In this document: positions 1 to 7,639 of the stretch, piece after piece
Numbering within the stretch: position 1 is the first letter of the stretch
Layout: each line of letters opens with the position of its first letter
NCBI RefSeq assembly: GCF_006345805.1
Contig: NW_021827014.1
Coordinates: 1-11,486 of the forward strand
Direction: 5' to 3'
Length of the DNA: 11,486 nt
Source: Octopus sinensis
Taxonomy: Eukaryota
Made by a program: the position numbers and the translations under genes
The notes under the pieces: model-generated
Databases searched by the model: none
Seen by the model: the letters and a program-made list of their open reading frames with translations, nothing else
Told to the model about the DNA's origin: nothing

Positions 1-214
1 TGGCGCCACTCCGCTGGCTAAGTGAGCAGGCCAACAGAAGAAAGAGTGAGAGAAAGTTGTAGCGAAAGAGTACAGCAAGGATCGCCACCATCCCCTTCCG
101 GAGCCTCCTGGAGCTTTAGGTGTTTTCGCTCAATAAACACTCACAACGCCCGGTCTGGGAATCGAAACCGCGATCCTACGACTGCGTGTCCGCTGCCCTC
201 ACCATTGGGCCATT
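1..214 (-). mobile_element. tRNA-derived SINE, family 'A' (my label); 3' part runs off the window start
   Basis: Minus strand reads AATGGCCCAATGGTGAGGGCAGCGGACACGCAGTCGTAGGATCGCGGTTTCGATTCCCAGACCGGGCG. Pol III A-box-like TGGCCCAATGG at 202-212 and B-box-like GTTTCGATTCC at 158-168. It aligns colinearly by eye with the plus-strand copy at 8211-8400. Confidence 0.85.
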
Positions 215-411
215 ATATATATAGATATATGTGTGTGTGTAATTAATATAAGCAATAGATTGCAATGTTTCAAACAAAAAATGGAAAATTATAATTGCCA
301 TTAAATGTGACTAGGGTGTTAAGAAATACTTATATTGCTAGAAATAGGAGCTGAAATGCTCTACTGCTGTAGTTAATTACGCGCCACTCCATTGGATACG
401 ACCACGTGGGT

Positions 412-430
412 TCCAGTTGATCCTTGATCT
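412..430 (+). repeat. Target-site duplication, left copy (TCCAGTTGATCCTTGATCT); right copy at 844-862
   Basis: 19/19 identical direct repeat immediately flanking the SINE. The first 3 nt of the right copy overlap the SINE 5' end (GGAGGC), so the true TSD is 16-19 bp. Confidence 0.9.
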
Positions 431-846
431 ATTTCTTTATTACCCACAAGGGGCTAAACATAGAGGGGACAAATAAGGACAGACATAGGTATTAAGTCGA
501 TTCTATCGACCTCAGTGTGTAACTGGTACTTATTTAATCGACCCCGAAAGGATGAAAGGCGAAGTCGACCTCGGCGGAATTTGAACTCAGAACGTAGCGG
601 CAGACGAAATACCTATTTCTTTATTACTCACAAGGGGCTAAACACAGAGGGGACAAACAAGGAGAGACATAGGTATTAAGTCGATTACATCGACCCCAGT
701 GCGTAACTGGTACTTAATTTATCGACCCCGAAAGGATGAAAGGCAAAGTCGACCTCGGCAGAATTTGAACTCACAACGTAACGCAGACGAAATACCGCTA
801 AGCATTTCGCCCGACGTGCTAACGTTTCTGCCAGCTCGCTGCCTCC
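431..846 (-). mobile_element. Dimeric tRNA-derived SINE, family 'B': about 50-bp head plus two tandem 183-bp modules
   Basis: Minus-strand head GGAGGCAGCGAGCTGGCAGAAACGTTAGCACG. Modules at 614-796 and 431-613 each start GGTATTTCGTC and carry a B-box-like GTTCAAATTC. It is flanked by a perfect 19-bp direct repeat and has the same architecture as 10364-10779. Confidence 0.9.
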
Positions 847-1504
847 AGTTGATCCTTGATCTGATGAACGGAACAGACTGCTCGTGAAATTAAGGCGTGA
901 GTGGCTGAGCACTCCACGGACAGTGTGTGACAAGGCTGGCCATTAGAAATACAGGCACAACAGAAACACGAAGAAAGAGTGAGAGAAAGTTGTGGTGAAA
1001 GAGTACAGCAGTGTTCATACTTCCCCCACTTCCGCAGAGAAGGGAAGCGATGCTATAACGACAAAAAAAAAAGGAAAAACGAAAAAAATTATTTCCTTTG
1101 GAATTACAATAAAATATTAAGAAATGTCTAAATTAAATATTAAATATGTAATTTCTTAATTTTTGTCTAATAGTAAAGATTCTTTCCTCCTTAATGGTAA
1201 ATTCTCCACCAGAGACAAATAACGTGTTTGGTGTTCGGGATCGATTTGACGACTTTTTATGTCTTCTTTTTTTTTTATACGATAATTTCATGCATTGGTA
1301 GTAAACAGTGCTGGAGAGCATAGGGGTTCGATTTGCTGTTGAGAAAAAGTTGGCTGACATGGAAGACCGGAGGCTATCTGAATATTGGAGACTGTAAATA
1401 CTCTAAAGGTTGTATGATGTGATATGGACAACTGTATCTAAGACTAAGGAGCTGTGGTCAGCAGGAAGAGACACAGCACACGTTCGGCGTCCGCACCCTA
1501 TAAT

Positions 1505-1897
1505 TCATCCCCATACCTTTTAATAGGGCCTTAGACTCAATTCAGACGAGTATGTGAAGCTGCTGGAGCATGTACTTAATTCTTGATTGGAGAGGATTGC
1601 AACAAGATGCCCATTTGCGTAGTAGCAAGATTCGTCTCTTTGCCATACATACGGAAGAGTCAAAATTGGTTGAGTCAAAATTGGAAGAGTCAAAATTCCT
1701 ACGATTCCACGGTCCCTGATTTCTGGCCTCTAAATTCGACGGATTGTAATCCCATGGATTACTGTATGTGAGTCGTGGCTGAGAAAGTGACCAACCGCTT
1801 TGCCTGCAACACCAAGGCCGAGCTGGTGGACAAGATCAAGGCATATTCGAAACTCTGGAACACAGGGAAGAATACATGAGCCATCTTGAGGCCGTTA
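1505..1897 (+). pseudogene. Decayed DD37D (maT-type) Tc1/mariner transposase, C-terminal catalytic part
   Basis: Translating across stops and one frameshift gives GLRLNSDEYVKLLEHVLNS*LERIATRCPFA**QDSSLCHT / RKSQNW..FWPLNSTDCNPMDYCM*VVAEKVTNRFACNTKAELVDKIK. The QQDS..CH and WP.NSPD.NP.DY motifs are typical of Tc1/mariner transposases. D2 is at 1629-1631 and D3 at 1757-1759: 125 nt apart, minus a 15-nt duplication, plus a 1-nt deletion = 111 nt = 37 codons. Confidence 0.85.
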
Positions 1898-1899
1898 CG

Positions 1900-2212
1900 T
1901 ATACATACAGATATGCATACATACATCAGTAGATGCTTACTTACATACATTAGCATGCGTCTATCTATCTACCTACGTGTCTATCTATCTATGTATCTAT
2001 CTACCTACCTACCTACATGTCTGTCTGTCTATCTCTATATGTCTATCTACTTAACTATCTATCTATATGTCTATCTACCTACCTATTTGTCTATCTGTCT
2101 GTCTGTCTGTCTGTCTGTCTACTTATCTATCTATCTATCTACTTATCTATCTACTTATCTACTTTTCTATCTATTTATCTGTCTGTCTGTCTATCTATCT
2201 ATCCTTCTTTGT

Positions 2213-2244
<32 letters not shown>

Positions 2245-2260
2245 TTGTATCTCTCTCTCT
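1900..2260. repeat. Compound microsatellite (ATAC / TATC / TACC / TGTC / TC)
   Basis: Directly visible tetra- and dinucleotide arrays; these generate the spurious YLSI-type ORFs. Confidence 0.95.
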
Positions 2261-2654
2261 AGTTGTCAATTTACTTACCAATCAGGCTAACCTCATAAAT
2301 GTACTATTTGTATATGCTATACTATATGAAGCACTTACAAGGAACGAAACTGAATAAAAGTTCCAGAACTTTCATAAAAGTGGGTTATACTTCACCGAAG
2401 GACTATCCTTTTTGTTCTAGTAGATACTGTTAGTTTTTCCTCGAAATTGTGCTACCCCACCCCACTTCTACCTAGTCCTGTTCTGGCATGAATAACAGCA
2501 ATGAGAAAAAAACAACAAAACAAAAAGTAAACATTAACAACAAAAGCAGTATCAGTGAAGAAAACAATAACATAAATAACAACAACAGCAACAACAAAGA
2601 TATACAACCCTTACAAATTAAATAAACATATCGAAACGCAAAAACTATATTGTT

Positions 2655-2791
2655 CCAATATACATACGTACGTACATCCATACATAGATACACATATGCA
2701 TCTATATATATATACAACACTCCACCCATATATATATCTATATATATATATATAATATATAGATTAATTATATTATACAATTATATATTTT

Positions 2792-2823
<32 letters not shown>

Positions 2824-2856
2824 ATACCGATTATATATTTATATATATATATATGT
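2655..2856. repeat. Imperfect (TA)n microsatellite
   Basis: Directly visible. Confidence 0.95.
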
Positions 2857-2989
2857 AAATATTGGTAAAAAAATAAGGGAGAAGAAGGCAATATGAAGAG
2901 AACCTATCCGCAAAAAACACACAAAACACTAAAGCACTAAATACAAAATATAAATAACAAAATATCATTTGATGTAAACTAAAGCAAAA

Positions 2990-3068
2990 TAATGATAATA
3001 ATAATAATAACAATAATAATAATAATAATAATAATAATACTAACAATAATAATAATAATAATAATAAC

Positions 3069-3112
<44 letters not shown>

Positions 3113-3121
3113 TGATAATAA
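2990..3121. repeat. (AAT)n microsatellite with AAC/GAT interruptions
   Basis: Directly visible. Confidence 0.95.
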
Positions 3122-3529
3122 TCTTACGTTTATGAAACGAATGAATCGAAGAATATATATATATCCAATTGAAGAAGAATAAGAAGAATATAAGAATAGA
3201 AGAATATGCAGAAGAAGAAGGAAGCGAATCAGAAAAGCGTAAGCAATCGTTATTTCTGGCATATATTCAAGAAACCGGTTGTTGCGATAATTTCGCTGAC
3301 AAGTCTTACTGTAGAAATAACAACGTACGTAGCGCCAAGAATACAGCTTCTTTGAAATATTGCCCACTTAAATTTTTTTGTTTTTGTGTAAAACCCGCTA
3401 CATTTGACACACGAAAAACAAACATGCAGGAAAAAAAGGAAGGATGAAGAAAAACAAAAACAAAAAAAATGATAGGGGGGGGGAAAGAAAAGCAGAGGAA
3501 TAAAAGCAAAGGGAAAAATGAAGAGGGAA

Positions 3530-3980
3530 TGATAACAACAACAACAACAATAAGAAGAATGAATGAATACGAGAAACAAAAACAACAAGAACAAACTCAA
3601 TAATAACAACAATAAAAAAACAACTACAACAACAAAGAGAACAATAGTAATAAGATTAATAACAAACAACAATAATAATAACACAACAACAACAATAATA
3701 ATATAATGATAATAGAAATAATATAATGGTAATAATAATAATAATAATAATGATAATAATAATAATGACAAAATAATATAATGAATATATAATAATGGTA
3801 ATAATAATAATATAATAATAATGATAATAATATAATGATAATAATAATGATAATAATAATGATATAAAAATAATAAGACAATAATAATGATAATAATAAT
3901 ATAATATAATATAATGATAATAATAATAATGACAATAATAATAATAATAATAATATAATAATAATAATAATAATAATAAT
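3530..3980. repeat. Degenerate (AAC)n/(AAT)n simple-repeat block
   Basis: Directly visible; source of the poly-L/I/Y minus-strand ORFs. Confidence 0.95.
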
Positions 3981-4081
3981 ACCATCAGAGCAAGCATCCA
4001 ACAAATCACAGCACATACCCAAGGCACACAGAGCTGCGCTCGGTAGTGAAGTGAAAGCACGCTATAAAAATAAAACTACTG
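3981..4081 (+). mobile_element. Probable 3' UTR of a 5'-truncated non-LTR retrotransposon (R4/Dong-like) embedded in (AAT)n
   Basis: A sharply bounded 100-bp complex island (ACCATCAGAGC...GAGCTGCGCTCGGTAGTGAAGTGAAAGCACGCTATAAAAATAAAACTACTG) with AAT repeats on both sides. I recall this motif as a recurrent LINE end in octopus DNA, and Dong-type elements are known to target TAA repeats. No coding part remains, so the clade call is unverified. Confidence 0.5.
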
Positions 4082-4334
4082 AACAATAATAATAATAATA
4101 ATGACGATGATGATGATGTTAACAGCAGTAATCGTAATGGTAATAACAACAGAAGTATTAGTAAAAGCAACAACAACCACAACAGTAACAATAATAATAA
4201 TAACAATGATGATGATGATAATAATAATAATAGTTGTCGTAGTAATAATAATAGTAATAATAAAAAGTAACAACCACTATAACAATAATAATGAAATTTA
4301 TGATGATGATGATATTAACAATAAAAATAATAAA

Positions 4335-4383
<49 letters not shown>

Positions 4384-4400
4384 TAATAGTAATAGTTATG
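4082..4400. repeat. (AAT)n/(GAT)n/(AAC)n simple-repeat block
   Basis: Directly visible; near-perfect (AAT)n at about 4338-4382. Confidence 0.95.
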
Positions 4401-4638
4401 TTGGCGGTTGCATGAAAACGGTAAGCAATACATAAGAGAGAGGGAGTTTTGAAAATTGCAATTTTGTAAGATAGAACGGAAAGCAAACTTATAATTGTGT
4501 AAGAGAAAATTGAGAGGAACTATTTGGCAGAAAGTAGGTGAATTTATATACAATACGCAATACTGGACGGTTTTGAAGAATTGATAACAAGAAATAGCTG
4601 GTAGGAAGGGTCGATTGCAGAGATCAAAATATGACGCT

Positions 4639-4663
4639 AATTGAATTGAATTGAATTGAATTG
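4639..4663. repeat. (AATTG)5 pentanucleotide microsatellite
   Basis: Five perfect units. Confidence 0.95.
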
Positions 4664-4740
4664 GAGCTTTGAGGATTTTTGCATGTATATATATGTGCAT
4701 GTATATTAATTTTCACTCATACATAGCGCATATATACATA

Positions 4741-5097
4741 TTTATAAGAATGAAAAGTTCTGTCACCTAAAAACGCATAATATTGTATCTGAATTGAGGC
4801 TAGTAAACTGCTATATTATGCCAATTGTTCACTACAGTGTAGAAATTTGGACATTGTACGCAGCTACGGTGAATAAGATTGGAATATTTGAAATGTGGAT
4901 CTTCTACAGATTGGCATAATAAACTGGAATTACATGCTAGTAAATGTTACAAAGACGACAATCCAAGCCACCACACATTATCGAGAATAAAGTCCACAAA
5001 GCTATCATATACGATGTCAAGACCATTCTGACATGGAGTTTTGAGAGGAAGCAGTCGAAAACGTTTGCAGATTGATGGCATCAAAGAATGGATTTGA
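4741..5097 (+). pseudogene. Decayed RTE-clade (BovB-like) LINE ORF, post-RT C-terminal region
   Basis: 4788-4919 translates SELRLVNCYIMPIVHYSVEIWTLYAATVNKIGIFEMWIFYRLA*, matching the RTE pattern R.L.CY..P.L.Y..E.WTL......L..FEMW.YRR. 5035-5097 (another frame) gives GVLRGSSRKRLQIDGIKEWI*, like RGRPRR.W.D.IKEW. It may extend upstream to about 4430 (weak). The match is by recall, with no HMM run. Confidence 0.75.
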
Positions 5098-5139
5098 AAC
5101 AAGAAACTGGCTTACGATAATCATTATGAATATGCAGGC

Positions 5140-5250
5140 ATGTATATATATACATGGATTATATATGACATATATATATATAGATATCTCTACATGGAGA
5201 TATATTGTATATATATATATACATGGATATCTATGCTGTATATATACTAT

Positions 5251-5281
<31 letters not shown>

Positions 5282-5388
5282 TAGGGATATATATGTAATG
5301 TAATATATAAGATATATATATATATATATAATATATGGATATATATGTATGTATATATATATAATATATATATCTATATATATATATA
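5140..5388. repeat. (TA)n microsatellite with recurring ACATGGA / GGATAT interruptions
   Basis: TACATGGA at 5151, 5191 and 5220; GGATAT at about 5285 and 5337. Confidence 0.9.
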
Positions 5389-5479
5389 CGAGATGGGGAC
5401 TGAAAGTTCCTGGCTTTCAGTAAAAGAAAAAGAAAATACAGGATGATTTTATTCAACATATTCCCCTCTCAGATTCACA
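5387..5479 (-). mobile_element. 3' terminus of a mariner-type DNA transposon (last codons, 3' UTR, TIR, TA target)
   Basis: Minus strand reads GTG AAT CTG AGA GGG GAA TAT GTT GAA TAA (VNLRGEYVE*, like mariner C-termini ..GDYVE), then a short UTR, ending AAAGCCAGGAACTTTCAGTCCCCATCTCG|TA. On the plus strand TA|CGAG...GAAAGTTCC resembles mariner TIR starts. The partner TIR is not in the window. Confidence 0.7.
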
Positions 5480-5482
5480 AAG

Positions 5483-5896
5483 TTTCACTGCGTGGCACCT
5501 TGGGCAAGCGTTTTCTACTCTGGCGTTGGGCTGACCAAAGCCTTGTGAATGGATTGGGTAGACGGAGACTGAAAGAAGCTCGTCTTGTGTGTATACATAC
5601 ACACCACACATATATATATATGTGTGTTATTGTGTGTACGTGTGTGTGGGTGTTGTGTGTGTGTGTTTGTACCCCACCTACCACATGACAACCCGTGTCA
5701 GTTTGTTTACATCACCGTAAGTTATCGTTCGGCAAAAGAGGGCGATAGGATACGTTGTAGACAAAAATCAAAAAAGAAACATTTTAAAAAATCAATGCTG
5801 AGATCTATCTGTTCGACTAAAAAAAAATAATAACCCTTCTAGACGGTGCCCCAGCGTGGCAGATGTCCAATAAGGGAAACAAACAGAAGGTAAAAA
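5483..5896 (+). mobile_element. SINE family 'C' (CORE-like central motif), lacking the tRNA head, with an internal TA/TG microsatellite and 3' tail
   Basis: 5483-5585 aligns to 7164-7224 (CACTGC.TGGCACC...GACCAAAGCCTT.TGA.TGGA...CTGAAAGAAGC). ACCTTGGGCAAG at 5497-5508 resembles the MIR/CORE-SINE core start. The assignment of the tail (5660-5896) relies on recall of the family, so the end is approximate. Confidence 0.72.
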
Positions 5897-7102
5897 CTAC
5901 TTCAATTATGGTATATATTATGCAATAATTCTAAGCTGAATTCTGTCCCCTTATTTAAAGCGGATATAATGCTGCCATTTTCATTCGCGAGATATAATTT
6001 TATGTTCCTATTCTTTCGTCATTATCGTCGCGCAGAAGGTTTATTCCACGTTTGTTTTAATATCGCCAAAGTTCCGCTTCCCGAGTGATTCAACAAAATT
6101 CCATCTCAGTTGATGTCTGTCTCTTGTAGCGAAGCACTTGTTACGTTATATGTTTGAAAATTTTCTTGCAAATTTTCCAAACTTCAACAAACTACACGAA
6201 GCAGTCATATTTATCGTGGTTTGTGACACCTGAGAAATACTATAAAATGTTTAAAATGTATTTATATTATTCCAACGAATGAAGTTACTGTTAGATATCC
6301 ACTCATAACTCGCAAGCAACGGCCAACGGAACCCTTTGACTAATTTCTCGTAGCTTTGCAAATCCTAAAGGGGGAACGTAAAGAGAAAGCAATATCGACA
6401 GGAATAGTATATAAGAAAATCGATAACGGACGCCGCTTTTATTTCAGGAAGCATGTAATCAGGTTTGTACAAGGTTACGATTATTCGAAAATAAAATACA
6501 GTCCTTGGAATCAACAGTATCATAAACGAGATCATTAGACTTAGCTTAGAAGCATGCAAACGTTTATAGCTATCATATAGCTGCCAGTGTTCCAAAAGAA
6601 GGACATCAAGCAGAAAACTATCCAAGCAGCTGAATCTCAATAAATGTTATTATTTTTTTTTTGTGGAAGTTGATGAAATAATAATAATAATAATATAATG
6701 TTCAGTATATGATTCTGTTTGTAGAAAGGCCAGTTCGTCAGGTGTTCAAGTCAAACAGTAAACTTAACTATGATATTATAATTGCTTCAGCTTCATCGCA
6801 TCATTTTTTGTGTATTGCGCAAAAGTACTCTGCTTTTAACTATCAGTCAATGAAAGCTTTAATTCGACAGTAAAATTGCTGATAAATGTAGTCCGAGCTG
6901 ATATTGTAAAGCAAAAATGGAATAGCCATGAAATGATTCTGAGGCAACGTTTGGTGACAACAAGACATTCGAATTCTCAAACTATTGGCATATGTAAAGG
7001 TGATGTTTAATATGTTTAATAAGAGTTGATTACGCAAACAAATCACTGATAAGTCTGTATAGTCCAAAATTTGAGATGTCAACAGTCGTCGGTTGCTTTT
7101 AA

Positions 7103-7244
7103 GGTGTGGCGTGGCTGTGTGGTAAGAAGCTTGCTTCCCAACCACTTGGTTCCGAGTTCAGTCCCACTGCTTGGCACCAAGGCCGACCAAAGCCTTTTGA
7201 GTGGAAACTGAAAGAAGCCTGTCGTATATATATATATATATATA
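7103..7244 (+). mobile_element. SINE family 'C', tRNA head present, internally deleted, ending in (TA)n
   Basis: A-box-like TGGCTGTGTGG at 7112-7122 and B-box-like GTTCAGTCC at 7156-7164. It is homologous to 5483-5585 with two internal deletions, and terminates in (TA)n at about 7225-7244. Confidence 0.8.
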
Positions 7245-7330
7245 CAGGTGCTGGAGATCTTTGACGGATAATTGATGATTAGGCTGATTATTGACATCAC
7301 TGCAATTAGGTATAGCCGCGTTCATCTCGG

Positions 7331-7401
7331 GTTTTCACAGCTTCAATCTCAAAACAGCTATTAGGAGAGTCGCGCTGGTTTGGGATTGAAGCTGTGAAAA
7401 C
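7331..7401. other. Long inverted repeat / stem-loop (28-bp stem, 15-nt loop)
   Basis: 7331-7348 GTTTTCACAGCTTCAATC is the exact reverse complement of 7384-7401 GATTGAAGCTGTGAAAAC. The stem continues 10 more bp (7349-7358 with 7374-7383) with one T.G wobble and one A/G mismatch. Confidence 0.9.
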
Positions 7402-7639
7402 GGTTATGAGAGAGGAATTCACTCGTGACCGCTCCAACGAAATTCCGAATTCCTTCTGGCTTTTCGTGCTAAAATTTTCTGTATTAAGGGCCTCGTTGAA
7501 AGAATATTCCTGAACTTATCATGTGAACAATGAATTCTGTCTGGCTGAAATGGGGTCTGCACGCATGATAAACTCGCGATTTACATGTGATCGGCAATGG
7601 AGTTGAAATCAACTGGCATACTAGTTTAGAAAAATAAAA

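Larger units (their letters stand above)
380..1035 (-). mobile_element. 5'-truncated family-A-related SINE with a different long 3' tail, split by the SINE inserted at 431-846
   Basis: 970-1010 (GAAGAAAGAGTGAGAGAAAGTTGTGGTGAAAGAGTACAGCA) nearly matches 37-77, and weaker similarity continues to about 1035. The tRNA head is missing. The two halves are joined by the 19-bp TSD at 412-430/844-862. The left boundary (about 380) is approximate and partly from recall of this repeat family. Confidence 0.65.

Noticed and set aside
1481-1502. TATAGGGTGCGGACG on the minus strand as a Tc1/maT-like terminal inverted repeat
   Set aside because: It resembles TA|CAGGGTG starts, but no partner end is found in the window and the match is short.
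1886-2357. YLSI-repeat ORFs (also 9043-9375)
   Set aside because: These are translations of TATC/TGTC microsatellites.
2357-2372. AAAGTTC-CA-GAACTTT mini-hairpin, similar to the mariner TIR at 5401
   Set aside because: Only a 7-bp stem, with no TA|CGAG terminus or other element features; expected by chance.
3310-3397. Minus-strand candidate exon (TAG| ... |GTAAGA)
   Set aside because: 88 bp and not frame-symmetric. The polypyrimidine tract is just low-complexity sequence, and no peptide is recognisable.
2472-4700. Long poly-L/I/Y/N ORFs
   Set aside because: These are translations of AAT/AAC/TA microsatellites with no complex sequence.
6354-6538. Plus-strand acceptor (GACTAATTTCTCGTAG) followed by a 60-aa ORF
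   Set aside because: No convincing donor, no recognisable homology, and a length within chance expectation.
7564-7587. Quasi-palindrome CATGATAAACTCGCGATTTACATG and an 8-bp stem at 7413-7454
   Set aside because: Short, bulged or built on 6-bp palindromes; not distinguishable from chance.
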